DNA from: a bacterium
GTDB taxonomy: Bacteria; Sysuimicrobiota; Sysuimicrobiia; Sysuimicrobiales; Humicultoraceae
Direction of reading: 5' to 3'
Length of the DNA stretch: 49,627 nucleotides
Assembly: GCA_041497675.1 (NCBI GenBank)
Contig: JBGQGY010000011.1
Coordinates: 1-49,627, forward strand
Both the position numbers and the translations under genes were made by a program. The notes under the pieces are model-generated. The model was not told the DNA's origin and did no database searches. It was given only the letters and a program-made list of their open reading frames with translations. Below are positions 35,912 through 45,819 of this stretch, piece by piece. Numbering within the stretch: the first letter of the stretch is position 1; the number at the start of each line of letters is the position of its first letter.

Positions 35912-37675
35912 ATGATCCGCGCCCCCTGGACCTCGCGCGCCGCCGTGCTTGGCGTGGTGTTCCTCGCGCTGTTCGTCGTGCTGGAGGCGCGCCTCTGGTC
36001 CATGCAGGCGATCCAGGGCCCGCACTATCTGCGGCTGTCTGAGCAAAACCGCCTCCGCGACTACATCATCCCGGCGCCGCGCGGGGTGATCTACGACCGG
36101 CGCGGCCAGCCGATCGTGACCAACCGTGCGGCGTTTACCGTGAGCGTGCTGCCGATGGAAGTGAAGGATCCGGCGCACCTCGCCGAGGTCCTGGCCCCGG
36201 TTCTCAGCATGGATCGTGCGGAGATCCTCATGCGTCTTGAGTCGGGTCGCCAGCGGCGGTTCGAACCTGTGACGCTTCGCCGGGACGTTGACAAGACGAT
36301 CGTGATGACGCTCGAAGAGCACCGGCTCGATCTCCCCGGCGTGATCGTGCAGGCCGAGCCGGTCCGCGATCATCTCAAGGGTGAGGCGGGCGCGCACGCG
36401 TTGGGCTATCTCGGCGAGATCACCGAGGATGAGCTGCGCTCGAGGCCCGGCTACAGGGCCGGCGGTTTGATCGGCAAATCCGGCGTCGAGCGCGTGTATG
36501 ACAACGTGCTGCGTGGCATCGATGGCCGCCAGCGTGTGGAGGTCGACGCGGCAGGCCGCCCCATCCGGGTGCTCAGCCGCGAGGCTGCTCAGTCCGGACA
36601 GTCGTTGGTCCTCAACATCGATGCGGACCTCCAGGCGGTAGCCGAGACGGCGCTGGGAAACCGCACAGGGGCCGTGGTGGCCATGGACCCCCGAAATGGC
36701 GAGGTCCTGGTCATGGTCGCCCATCCGGCCTTCGACCCCAGCCAGTTCGCCGGCGGCATCAGCCCCGCCAACTGGAAGCGTCTGACCGGTGATCGGCGTA
36801 TCCCGCTGCTCAACCGGGCGACCGAGGGGACGTACGAACCGGGGTCGGTGTTCAAGGTCGTCACGGGTCTGGCGGCGCTCAACGAAGGCGTCGCGCGCCG
36901 CGATACGATGTTCAACTGTACGGGCCAGCTCGCACTCGGCCGCTGGATTTTCCACGACCTGCACGCCTACGGTCCGGTCAACTTCATGAAGGGCGTCGCC
37001 GTCTCGTGCAATATCGTCTTCTGGACCGTGGGCGGTCAGCTGGGTGATGAACGGCTCAACCGGTACGCGCGGATGCTGGGTCTGGCGCAACCCACCGGCA
37101 TCGATCTGCCGACGGAGGCGAGCGGCACGATTCCGTCCGCCGAGTGGAAGCGGCGCATCCACAAGGAACCGTGGTACCCGGGCGACACGCTCAACATGGC
37201 CATCGGTCAGGGCTACGTCGTCGTGACGCCGGTCCAGGTGGCGCGCATGCTGAGCGCGGTGGCCAACGGCGGCACCCTGTTCGCGCCGCGCCTGGCGCGG
37301 CGCGTCCTTGCCACCGACGGGTCTGAAGTGATGTCGTTTGCACCGGTGGTGTCGAGCAAACTCACCGTGTCACCCGAGGCGCTGGCGACGTTGCGCGAGG
37401 CGCTGCGGATGGCGGTGGAGTGGGGCACCGGGACGGCGGCCGCCGTCCCCGGTCTGGCGGTTGCCGGCAAGACGGGGAGCGCGGAGAATCCGCGTGGCAT
37501 CCCGCACGCCTGGTTCGCGGGGTACGCGCCCGCCGACCGTCCGGCGCTCGTCGTGGTCGCGTTCGTCGAGCACGGGTTTCGCGGCGGCGTGACCGCGGCC
37601 CCAATCGCCAAGGCGATCTTCGCGGCCGCGCAGCAGGCATTGCTCTCGGCGTCCACCGATCGAGCCCGGCCGTGA
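35912..37675 (+). CDS. mrdA: Penicillin-binding protein 2
   Basis: APRG.IYDR, SxxK (PGSVFK), SCN, KTG motifs. Confidence 0.95.
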   Translation: MIRAPWTSRAAVLGVVFLALFVVLEARLWSMQAIQGPHYLRLSEQNRLRDYIIPAPRGVIYDRRGQPIVTNRAAFTVSVLPMEVKDPAHLAEVLAPVLSMDRAEILMRLESGRQRRFEPVTLRRDVDKTIVMTLEEHRLDLPGVIVQAEPVRDHLKGEAGAHALGYLGEITEDELRSRPGYRAGGLIGKSGVERVYDNVLRGIDGRQRVEVDAAGRPIRVLSREAAQSGQSLVLNIDADLQAVAETALGNRTGAVVAMDPRNGEVLVMVAHPAFDPSQFAGGISPANWKRLTGDRRIPLLNRATEGTYEPGSVFKVVTGLAALNEGVARRDTMFNCTGQLALGRWIFHDLHAYGPVNFMKGVAVSCNIVFWTVGGQLGDERLNRYARMLGLAQPTGIDLPTEASGTIPSAEWKRRIHKEPWYPGDTLNMAIGQGYVVVTPVQVARMLSAVANGGTLFAPRLARRVLATDGSEVMSFAPVVSSKLTVSPEALATLREALRMAVEWGTGTAAAVPGLAVAGKTGSAENPRGIPHAWFAGYAPADRPALVVVAFVEHGFRGGVTAAPIAKAIFAAAQQALLSASTDRARP

Positions 37676-38781
37676 AGGTGCGTTGGGCCCGTGACGTCGA
37701 CTGGGTGCTCATCGGGGTGACGCTCGCCCTAATCGTCTACGGCGTGGTCGTGCTGGTGTCCGCGACCCACGGATCCGCTGAGGCGGGCGCCTTCATACGC
37801 GCGCGCATCCTCCACCTGCTGCTCGGCATCGGCGCGCTGGTTGTCATGGCAACCATCGACTACCGCCGCCTGGCCGCGCCGTGGCCGGCCATCTACGTGG
37901 GGACGCTCCTCCTGCTGGCCTCGGTCCTGGTGATGGGCGAGTCGCGTCTGGGTGCGCAGCGATGGATCGTGCTTGGACCCTTCGGGGGATTCCAGCCGTC
38001 GGAGGCCGCCAAACTCGCGATCGTGCTTACGCTCGCGCGACATCTCGACCCTGTGAAGACCGTGCGCCGCCTGCGGGAACTGGCGCCGTACATCCTCCAC
38101 GTCGGCGTGCCGATGCTGCTCATCGTCCGCCAGCCCGACTTGGGTACGGCCCTCGTGCTCGGCGCGATCCTCCTGGCGATGCTCTACGTTGCGGGCGCGC
38201 GCACGCGCGTGCTTGCCGGTCTCGCGGGCGCCGCCATGGCCATCGCCCCGCTCGCCTGGCACGTGCTGCACGACTATCAGCGCCGCCGTCTCGTCGCATT
38301 CCTCGATCCGTCCGCCGACCCCCTCGGCGCGGGGTATGCCCTCATCCAGGCCCGGATTGCGGTCGGCTCGGGGCAGTTGTTTGGGAAGGGACTCTTTGCG
38401 GGGACTCAGAACCTGCTGCGGTTCATTCCCGAGCAGCACACCGACTTTATCTTCACGGTGGTGGGAGAGGAGCTGGGCCTGATCGGCGCGACCCTGCTGC
38501 TCGCGCTGTACCTGATCTGGTTGTGGCGCGCGCTCGAGATCGCCGCCGGGGCGCGCGACCGGCTGGGGGCGCTGGTCGCCACCGGCATCGCGACCATGAT
38601 GGCATTTCATGTTGTGATCAACATAGGGATGACGATCGGCTTGATGCCGGTCACGGGCATCCCACTGCCGTTGATGAGTCACGGTGGGTCGTCCCTCCTG
38701 ACGACCCTGGCCGCCGTCGGGCTGCTGTTGAGCATCCGGGCGCGGTCGGGAGGTCAGTTCGGCAGCTCAGCGCCGGTCTGA
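37672..38781 (+). CDS. rodA: Rod shape-determining protein RodA
   Basis: GAQRWI, FQPSE, QPDLGT, PEQHTDFIF, GIPLPLMSHGGSS. Confidence 0.95.
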   Translation: MKVRWARDVDWVLIGVTLALIVYGVVVLVSATHGSAEAGAFIRARILHLLLGIGALVVMATIDYRRLAAPWPAIYVGTLLLLASVLVMGESRLGAQRWIVLGPFGGFQPSEAAKLAIVLTLARHLDPVKTVRRLRELAPYILHVGVPMLLIVRQPDLGTALVLGAILLAMLYVAGARTRVLAGLAGAAMAIAPLAWHVLHDYQRRRLVAFLDPSADPLGAGYALIQARIAVGSGQLFGKGLFAGTQNLLRFIPEQHTDFIFTVVGEELGLIGATLLLALYLIWLWRALEIAAGARDRLGALVATGIATMMAFHVVINIGMTIGLMPVTGIPLPLMSHGGSSLLTTLAAVGLLLSIRARSGGQFGSSAPV

Positions 38782-38823
38782 CCGCACTCCGGGCTCGAGA
38801 CGGCACCTCCAAGGAGCAACCGA

Positions 38824-40506
38824 ATGGGAAGAGAGATCATCGCCAACATCGAGGCCACGGAGACACGCGTGGCCGTGATGGAACACGAGACGCTCGTCAA
38901 CCTCTTCATCGAGCGATCCGAACCAGTGGCCGGCAATATCTGCAAAGCCCGCGTGAACAACGTCCTCCCCGGCATGGACGCTGCGTTTGTGGATATCGGC
39001 CTGGAACGCAATGCGTTTCTCCACGTCGAGGATATCCGCTCGCAACGTCTGGACGGCGAAGAGGTCGAGGAGTCGTTTGGGAAGGGGGCCATCGCCGAGC
39101 GCCTGCGGTCCGGTCAGGAGATCCTGGTGCAGGTCACCAAGGAGCCGATGGGCAGCAAGGGCGCGCGGGTCACCACCTACGTGGCGCTCCCGGCGCACTA
39201 CCTGGTCTTCATGCCGACGGTCAACTACGTTGGCGTGAGCCGGCGCATTACCAGCGAGCCCGAGCGCAAGCGTCTGCGGGAGATCGCCGACCGAATCCGG
39301 CCAGAGGGGATGGGGGTGATCGTCCGCACCGCCGCCGAGGGTGCCGCTGAGACGCTGCTCACCGACGACGTTGCCTTTCTCCAGCAGATGTGGCAGCGCG
39401 TGCTCGAACGGGCGCGCACGGCCAAAGCGCCGGCGCTCGTCTATCAGGATCTGAAGCTGATCCGGCGCGTCGTCCGCGATCTGTTCACCGAAGACGTCGA
39501 CCGATTCGTCATCGACTCGCCCGAAGAGCACGGCCGCGTCGCCGACCTGGTCGGGTCGTTTGCCCCGCAGTTGAAGGAGCGGCTCGTGTTGCACCGCGAC
39601 GCCGAGCCGGTGTTCGAGAAGTACGGGGTCGAACGCGAAATCGACCGGGCGCTGCGCCGCAAGGTCTGGCTGAAGTCCGGCGGGTACATCATGATCGACC
39701 GGACCGAGGCCCTGACCGTCATTGACGTGAACACCGGCAAGTATGTGGGCAAGACCGATCTCGCCAGCACCATTCTCAAGAACAACCTGGAGGCCGTGGG
39801 CGAGATCGTCCGGCAGATCACGCTGCGCGACATCGGCGGCATCATCCTGGCCGACTTTATCGACATGGAGAAGGAAGACCACCGCAAGAAAGTGCTCGAT
39901 GCCCTGCACGATGCCGTGCAGCGCGACCGCGCCAAGCTGCACGTGATCGACCTGACGGCGCTGGGCCTCGTCGAGATCACCCGCAAGCGCGTCTACCAAG
40001 ACCTCGAGGAGATCATGCGTGTCCCGTGCCCGTACTGTGAGGGGCGCGGACGCGTACTCTCACCCGACACGATGGCCATGCGCGTGCGCCGGGAATTGCG
40101 GAAGCTGACCCGGACTTCAAAGGCCCTGGCGATCCTCGTCGAAGTGCACCCTCAGGTGGCCAGTGCGCTCTTTCGCGAGGGCGCGGGATGGGTGCGGGCG
40201 CTCGAAGAGTCCTGCGACAAGCGTCTGCGCGTGCGGGGTCGGGAAGGGTTGCACATCGAGCGCGTCAACATCGCCGAGGCCGACAGTGCCGCGGAGCTCG
40301 ATGCGATGCCGGCGAGCGGCGGCAAGCGCCTGCAGTTCTGGATGGATCGTGAGCCCGGGGAGGTGCTGTCGCTGGCGGAGCCCGATCCGGCCTACGAAAC
40401 GGCGCTGGCCATGGTGGACGCGCAGAACGCCTCAGAACCGCCCCGGCCGAACGGTCTGGTGAGCCGCGTGCGCCGGCTGCTGCGCCGGGGTCGCGACGGG
40501 GCCTAG
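38824..40506 (+). CDS. Ribonuclease E/G family
   Basis: S1 domain (GMDAAFVDIG), QVTKEP..KGARV, IDVNTGK, GGIILADFIDM, CPYC. Confidence 0.95.
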   Translation: MGREIIANIEATETRVAVMEHETLVNLFIERSEPVAGNICKARVNNVLPGMDAAFVDIGLERNAFLHVEDIRSQRLDGEEVEESFGKGAIAERLRSGQEILVQVTKEPMGSKGARVTTYVALPAHYLVFMPTVNYVGVSRRITSEPERKRLREIADRIRPEGMGVIVRTAAEGAAETLLTDDVAFLQQMWQRVLERARTAKAPALVYQDLKLIRRVVRDLFTEDVDRFVIDSPEEHGRVADLVGSFAPQLKERLVLHRDAEPVFEKYGVEREIDRALRRKVWLKSGGYIMIDRTEALTVIDVNTGKYVGKTDLASTILKNNLEAVGEIVRQITLRDIGGIILADFIDMEKEDHRKKVLDALHDAVQRDRAKLHVIDLTALGLVEITRKRVYQDLEEIMRVPCPYCEGRGRVLSPDTMAMRVRRELRKLTRTSKALAILVEVHPQVASALFREGAGWVRALEESCDKRLRVRGREGLHIERVNIAEADSAAELDAMPASGGKRLQFWMDREPGEVLSLAEPDPAYETALAMVDAQNASEPPRPNGLVSRVRRLLRRGRDGA

Positions 40507-41274
40507 ATGTACGAAATCTACGCGCTGAGCCAGGGCGCGCGGACCGTCGACTGGTCCACCAGGATGTACCTGCATCCGGCCGGTGAGAGCACGACGTCTG
40601 CCTACTTCTTTTGGGTGTTGCGGGGCGCGGCGGGCATCATCCTCATCGATACGGGGTTCACCACCCGACTGGCCCGGGTGAAGGGGCTGGTGATGGAGGG
40701 TCTGCGCGAGCGTGAAACCCTCTTTGCAGGAGCGGGGATCGATCCGCGCGAGGTCTCCACGGTGATCCTCACACATCTGCACTGGGATCATTTCGATCTT
40801 GAAGGATTCCTCCCAGGTGCAGTGTTTTGGGTACAAAGACGTGAGGTGGAGTTTTGGAACGGATATGGGGCCCGTGAGCCGTGGCTACAGCGGTTCGTTG
40901 GCGACTGCTTCGCGCAGGATCTCGAGACGCTGCGCTCGAGCGGCCGGCTCAAGATGATCGACGGTACCGTTGAGCCTGCCGCCGGTGTCCGGCTCGAATG
41001 GGTGGGTGGGCATTCTCCGGGGATGCAGATCGTCGTGGTGCAGACGGCGCGCGGCCCGTTCGTGATCGCCAACGATGCGCTCACGACCTATCGGAACCTT
41101 CGGGATTGGGCGCCGCCCGCGATCCATGTCAACGGCATCGCCGAGTGTCTTGCGGCGATGGAGCGGATTCGCAGCCTGGCCGGCGGCGACGAGAGCCGCA
41201 TCTGCCCGGGGCACGACGGCGAAATCTTGACGAGATTTCCGCAGGTGAGCCCCAGCGTGTTCCGGCTGGCGTGA
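40507..41274 (+). CDS. Metallo-beta-lactamase fold hydrolase, N-acyl homoserine lactonase family
   Basis: LIDTG, THLHWDH, GGHSPG, NDA, CPGHD. Confidence 0.85.
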   Translation: MYEIYALSQGARTVDWSTRMYLHPAGESTTSAYFFWVLRGAAGIILIDTGFTTRLARVKGLVMEGLRERETLFAGAGIDPREVSTVILTHLHWDHFDLEGFLPGAVFWVQRREVEFWNGYGAREPWLQRFVGDCFAQDLETLRSSGRLKMIDGTVEPAAGVRLEWVGGHSPGMQIVVVQTARGPFVIANDALTTYRNLRDWAPPAIHVNGIAECLAAMERIRSLAGGDESRICPGHDGEILTRFPQVSPSVFRLA

Positions 41275-41288
41275 CGCTGGTTGTCGGA

Positions 41289-41317
41289 TTGAAAGCCCGG
41301 CCCGGTCGTGGTAGAAT
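41289..41317 (+). promoter_or_regulatory. Sigma70-type promoter for rplU-rpmA-obgE
   Basis: TTGAAA (41289-94), 17 nt spacer, TAGAAT (41312-17) with extended TG; GGAGG RBS downstream. Confidence 0.75.
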
Positions 41318-41341
41318 CCCCAAGGTTCCGGAGGTGCGGTC

Positions 41342-41650
41342 GTGTACGCGGTTATCGAGACAGGTGGTAAGCAATTGACCGTCCGCGAGGGCGATCTGGT
41401 CAAGGTCGAGAAACTCGGCGGGGCGGCGGGCGATCTGGTGACGCTCGATCGGGTCCTGTTGGTCGGCGGTGAGGCCACCACGATCGGGACCCCGACGGTG
41501 ACAGGCGCCTCGGTGCAGGCCCGGGTCGTCCGGCAGGGGCGCGCGCGCAAGATCATCGTGATGAAATACAAGGCCAAGGCCCACCAGCGGCGCAAGACCG
41601 GTCACCGGCAGTCGTTCACCGAGGTACGGATCGAACGGATCGGCGTGTAG
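41342..41650 (+). CDS. rplU: 50S ribosomal protein L21
   Basis: MYAVIETGGKQ...GHRQ.FT. Confidence 0.97.
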   Translation: MYAVIETGGKQLTVREGDLVKVEKLGGAAGDLVTLDRVLLVGGEATTIGTPTVTGASVQARVVRQGRARKIIVMKYKAKAHQRRKTGHRQSFTEVRIERIGV

Positions 41651-41662
41651 GGAGGAGAACAC

Positions 41663-41923
41663 ATGGCATCCAAGAAGGGCGTCGGCAGCAGCCGAAACGG
41701 TCGCGATTCGAGTAGCAAGCGGCTCGGCGTGAAGCTCTTCGCCGGTGAGTCCGTGCGCGCGGGCGGCATTATCATCCGGCAGCGGGGCACCAAGGTCTTC
41801 GCCGGCGCCAACGTGGGTCAGGGTCGAGATTTCACGCTGTTTGCGCTCATCGACGGTGTGGTTGCCTTCGAGCGGCGCGGCCGCGATGGCCGGCGGATCA
41901 GCGTCCACCCGGTGCCGGCGTAG
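41663..41923 (+). CDS. rpmA: 50S ribosomal protein L27
   Basis: [28 protein letters not shown]. Confidence 0.97.
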   Translation: MASKKGVGSSRNGRDSSSKRLGVKLFAGESVRAGGIIIRQRGTKVFAGANVGQGRDFTLFALIDGVVAFERRGRDGRRISVHPVPA

Positions 41924-41946
41924 ACCGGCCGGGAGACACCCGTCGA

Positions 41947-41970
41947 GGCCCGGGTCAGCCGACCCGGGCC
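41947..41970 (+). terminator. GC-rich hairpin between rpmA and obgE (possible partial terminator or stabiliser)
   Basis: Perfect 10-bp stem GGCCCGGGTC-AGCC-GACCCGGGCC; only a weak pyrimidine tail. Confidence 0.4.
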
Positions 41971-41990
41971 GTTCGCTTCCCTCAACCACG

Positions 41991-43019
41991 ATGCTGATCG
42001 ATCAGGCGAAGGTCTACGTCAAAGGCGGGGACGGCGGCAACGGCTGCGTGGCCTTTCGCCGTGAGAAGTTCATCCCCAAAGGCGGGCCGAACGGCGGCGA
42101 TGGGGGCAACGGCGGCAGCGTGATCTTTGTCGGCGACGCCGGGATGTCCACGCTCATCGACTTCAAGTACCGACAGCACCTGCGCGCGGCGCGCGGGGGC
42201 CACGGCGAGGGCTCGAATCGCACCGGCCGCGGCGGTGAAGATCTCATCGTCCCGGTGCCGGTCGGCACGATCGTGCGCGACGCCGACACTGGTGACGTGA
42301 TCGCTGATTTCGCCGCCGGCGGTCAGCAGGCGACCATCGCGAAAGGCGGTCGCGGCGGGAAGGGCAACGCTCGGTTTGCCACCCCGACCCACCGCACGCC
42401 GCGCCGGGCCGATCCCGGACAGCCCGGTCAGGAGCTTCGGGTCGAACTCGAACTTCGGCTGCTCGCCGATGTCGGGCTGATCGGGTTGCCCAACGCCGGC
42501 AAGTCGACGCTGCTTGGGCGTATCTCCAGCGCACGGCCCAAGGTTGGCGACTATCCGTTTACGACGACCCAGGCGGTGCTTGGCGCGGTGACGTTACCCG
42601 ATGGGCGCAGCTTTGTGGCGGCCGACGTGCCCGGGTTGATCGAAGGGGCGCACGCGGGCGCCGGGCTGGGTCACGCGTTCCTGCGGCACATCGCGCGCAC
42701 CAGGGTCTTGATCCACCTGATCGATCTGGCCGCGCCCGACGACCCGCTGGCGGCCTACGCGGTCGTCCGGCGTGAGCTGGAACTCCATGACCCCGTCTTG
42801 CTCGGCCGCCCGGAGTTCGTGGCGCTGACCAAGATCGACCGGCCCGAAGCCCGCAGCCGGCTGGTGGCCACCCGCGCGGCGTTTACCGCGCGCGGGATCC
42901 GTGCATTTGGCGTATCGGCCGCGACCGGCGAAGGCGTGAACGAGGTCCTGACAGCCGCGGCGGACGCGCTCGAGACCTCCCGGGGGCGGGAGGAGAGCCC
43001 CGCGGCCGCCCAGAAATGA
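41991..43019 (+). CDS. obgE: GTPase ObgE/CgtA
   Basis: GGDGGNGC.AFRREK, GLPNAGKS, YPFTT, DVPG, TKID. Confidence 0.96.
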   Translation: MLIDQAKVYVKGGDGGNGCVAFRREKFIPKGGPNGGDGGNGGSVIFVGDAGMSTLIDFKYRQHLRAARGGHGEGSNRTGRGGEDLIVPVPVGTIVRDADTGDVIADFAAGGQQATIAKGGRGGKGNARFATPTHRTPRRADPGQPGQELRVELELRLLADVGLIGLPNAGKSTLLGRISSARPKVGDYPFTTTQAVLGAVTLPDGRSFVAADVPGLIEGAHAGAGLGHAFLRHIARTRVLIHLIDLAAPDDPLAAYAVVRRELELHDPVLLGRPEFVALTKIDRPEARSRLVATRAAFTARGIRAFGVSAATGEGVNEVLTAAADALETSRGREESPAAAQK

Positions 43020-43666
43020 GCCGAGTGACCAGGATTGGCGTCATGGGCGGAACCTTCGACCCGATCCACTACGGCCATTTGGTCACTGCCGAAGAAGCCC
43101 GCGTCCAATTCAGCCTCGACAGCGTCTTGTTCGTGCCAAACCGGCATCCGCCGCACAAGGATCCCGCGGACGTGACGAACCCCGAAGACCGGTACCTGAT
43201 GACGTTTCTGGCCACCGTGTCGAATCCGCGGCTCAGCGTATCGCGCGTCGAGATCGATCGCCCGGGCGCATCGTACACGATCGAGACGATCCTGGCGCTG
43301 TCGTCGAAATATCCCGACGCCGAGCTGCATTACATCACGGGAGCCGACGCGATTTTGCAGATCCTGCGCGGGGAGTGGGAGCGGGCGAAGGAACTCCTTG
43401 GCCTCTGCCAGTTCATTGCGGCCACACGGCCGGGGTTCACGCTCGATTTCGACACGCTGCGCCGCAGTAACTTCACGGGGCGCGCGCTCGACAACGTCCA
43501 CGTCATGGCGATCCCGGCCCTGGCGATCTCCTCGACTGAGATCCGCTCGCGGGTGCGCACGGGCCGGCCGATCAAGTACCTGGTACCCGAGCCGGTCGAA
43601 GCCTACATCGTCAAGCACCAGCTCTATGGGATGCCTGCGCCGAAAGCGAGTATGGCGGGTGGTTAG
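43016..43666 (+). CDS. nadD: Nicotinate-nucleotide adenylyltransferase
   Basis: GGTFDPIHYGH, PPHK, SYTIET, ITGAD, ISSTEIR. Confidence 0.95.
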   Translation: MSRVTRIGVMGGTFDPIHYGHLVTAEEARVQFSLDSVLFVPNRHPPHKDPADVTNPEDRYLMTFLATVSNPRLSVSRVEIDRPGASYTIETILALSSKYPDAELHYITGADAILQILRGEWERAKELLGLCQFIAATRPGFTLDFDTLRRSNFTGRALDNVHVMAIPALAISSTEIRSRVRTGRPIKYLVPEPVEAYIVKHQLYGMPAPKASMAGG

Positions 43667-44033
43667 AAAGGACGCGGGCAGGCGGGCCGCGTCCGGGGCT
43701 CCGCTGGACAGAGCGTGGCAAGTCGCCGACGCGGCCGAGGCGAAACACGCTGAAGACATCGTCGTGCTCGACCTGCGCGACCTGACACTGGTCACCGACT
43801 ACTTCGTGCTCTGCACGGGCACGAGCCGCGTGCAGATCCGCGCGATCACCAGCGGCATCCTCGAGAGCATGCGTGACGTCTCGTCCCGCGTTCTCCGCGA
43901 GGGCGATGAGGACGCCCAGTGGGTCTTGCTCGACTATGGAGACGTCGTGGTCCACGTATTTGGCCCCGAAGCCCGCACGTTCTACCGGCTCGAACGGTTG
44001 TGGGGCGACGCGCACGTTGTGACGCGCGAGTAG
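43659..44033 (+). CDS. rsfS: Ribosome silencing factor RsfS
   Basis: KHAEDIVVLDL, DYFVLCTG, WVLLDYGDVVVHVF, FYRLERLW. Confidence 0.93.
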   Translation: MVRKDAGRRAASGAPLDRAWQVADAAEAKHAEDIVVLDLRDLTLVTDYFVLCTGTSRVQIRAITSGILESMRDVSSRVLREGDEDAQWVLLDYGDVVVHVFGPEARTFYRLERLWGDAHVVTRE

Positions 44034-44054
44034 CCAGGTCCCGGTCGCCCCGTC

Positions 44055-44924
44055 ATGCACCTGGTCGTTCGCCCAGCAGCGCCGGACGACGGCACGTGGC
44101 TCGTCGGTCTGCTCGACGCGGCGAACCGGGGCGGATATTCACCGACCTTCGACCGCGACGGCCCGCTGCAGCCCACGGACATCTGGTGGGGGCAATCCGA
44201 GAAGGATGTCAGCGTCATCGAGGTGGATACACGTCCCGCGGGCGTCCTCGTGGTAGGACGCGCCGGGCAGTGGCTCGTGGAAGAGCTGCTGCTCAACGGG
44301 TTTGGCGAGGCGCCCGCGCGGACCCAGGCGTCGCTCGTCGACCGGGTGGGCGCGCACCTGACGCAGGTCTTTCAGCGTGGCCGTCAGCACGCGCTGTTGC
44401 TGCGCGTGGCCGAAACCAATGCCTTCGGTCTCGCGTTGGCGGCGGAAGCGCGGGCCAGGTTTGCAAACGCGCTATTGGTGTACCGTCATCACGGCCCGAA
44501 GCGGCCCGTGGCGCACGCGCCCGGCGGCTATCACGTGCGCAAGGTCACGCCGGCGGACGCGCGCGAGGTGGCCCGTCTGGCGCGCGAGGTCATCCCCGAA
44601 CGGGCCCGCGCGGACGAAGTGTCCCGGGTGCTGAACACCCGCGACGGCCGCGGATTCCTGGCCTTCAGGGACGCCATTCTGGCGGGATTTGCGGCCGTGG
44701 AGGTCCGTCCCGGCCGGGGTGACTGGATCGTCGGCGTCCGCGAATCACACCGGCGCCGCGGCGTGGGCCGCGCGCTGGGCGCATCGGTACTGGCGGCGTT
44801 CCGGGCCCGGGGGCGGGCGCCGTACTCGACGGCCTGGGCGCTCGATCCCGTGGCGGGGCCGTTTCTCTCATCGCTGGGCTTCGCCGTCGAGCGGACGTTT
44901 CTCTACCTCGAAAAGCCGCTCTGA
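44055..44924 (+). CDS. GNAT-family (tandem-like) acetyltransferase
   Basis: C-terminal VGVRESHRRRGVGRAL acetyl-CoA motif, FLSSLGF. Confidence 0.7.
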   Translation: MHLVVRPAAPDDGTWLVGLLDAANRGGYSPTFDRDGPLQPTDIWWGQSEKDVSVIEVDTRPAGVLVVGRAGQWLVEELLLNGFGEAPARTQASLVDRVGAHLTQVFQRGRQHALLLRVAETNAFGLALAAEARARFANALLVYRHHGPKRPVAHAPGGYHVRKVTPADAREVARLAREVIPERARADEVSRVLNTRDGRGFLAFRDAILAGFAAVEVRPGRGDWIVGVRESHRRRGVGRALGASVLAAFRARGRAPYSTAWALDPVAGPFLSSLGFAVERTFLYLEKPL

Positions 44925-44945
44925 TTTGCGGTATGCTGGTGAGCG

Positions 44946-45341
44946 ATGCGTGATGCGTCGTCGTGCTTTGTTTGCGGTCCCTCGAATCCCATTGGATTGC
45001 GGGTCCGCTTTTCCCGTGAGGGCCGGCGGGTGATTGGTGAATTTACACCTTCTGACCTGCACGTCGGGTTTGCCGGCGTCGTCCACGGCGGCATCCTGGC
45101 GGCGCTGCTGGACGACGCGCTGGCGGCGGTCGGCTACTATGAGGGCGAACCGACGGTGACCGCCCGGCTCGCCGTCCGCTACCGTCAGCCCGTGCGGCCG
45201 GGTCAGCGTCTCAGGGTCGAAGCCGCCGAGACGTCGCGGAAGGGCGCGCTGCGTCGGGGTCACGCGGTCGTGCGCGTCGATGACGGTACCGTCGTCGCCG
45301 AGGCCGACGCGACGATGATGCGGCTACCGGCCCATGTCTGA
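44946..45341 (+). CDS. PaaI family hotdog thioesterase
   Basis: CFVCG..NPIGL, VVHGGILAALLDD, VTARL.VRYRQPV. Confidence 0.88.
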   Translation: MRDASSCFVCGPSNPIGLRVRFSREGRRVIGEFTPSDLHVGFAGVVHGGILAALLDDALAAVGYYEGEPTVTARLAVRYRQPVRPGQRLRVEAAETSRKGALRRGHAVVRVDDGTVVAEADATMMRLPAHV

Positions 45342-45819
45342 CCCGCCGGCCGAGCGGCTGATTGCCACGAACCGGCGGGCCCGCTACGAGTACGACGTCG
45401 AAGAGACAGTCGAGGTCGGCATGGTCCTGACCGGCACCGAGGTCAAGTCGCTGCGCACGCGGCGGGCGTCGCTGGGCGAGGCCTACGCGCGCGTCGAGCG
45501 CGGCGAGGTGTGGCTGCACCACCTGCACATCCCGCCCTATGATGCCGGCAACATCTTCAACCATGAGCCACTGCGGCGCCGAAAGTTGCTGCTGCACCGC
45601 AGCCAGATCCAGCGCCTGGCCGCCCGGGTGACGCAGAAAGGCTATACCTTGATTCCCCTGCGCCTCTACTTCAGCCGCGGGAAAGCGAAGATCGAGCTCG
45701 GGATCGCGCGCGGCAAGAAACTCTACGACAAGCGCAGCGCCATCGGTGAGCGTGAGGCGAAACGCGCGGCTGAGCGTGCCGTCAAGCGCACGGTTGAAGC
45801 GGGGAGGGGGCGTGGATGA
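45334..45819 (+). CDS. smpB: SsrA-binding protein
   Basis: [30 protein letters not shown]. Confidence 0.97.
   Translation: MSDPPAERLIATNRRARYEYDVEETVEVGMVLTGTEVKSLRTRRASLGEAYARVERGEVWLHHLHIPPYDAGNIFNHEPLRRRKLLLHRSQIQRLAARVTQKGYTLIPLRLYFSRGKAKIELGIARGKKLYDKRSAIGEREAKRAAERAVKRTVEAGRGRG

Noticed and set aside
45334..45819. tmRNA (ssrA) next to smpB
   Set aside because: smpB overlaps genes on both sides; no room and no tRNA-like ends seen
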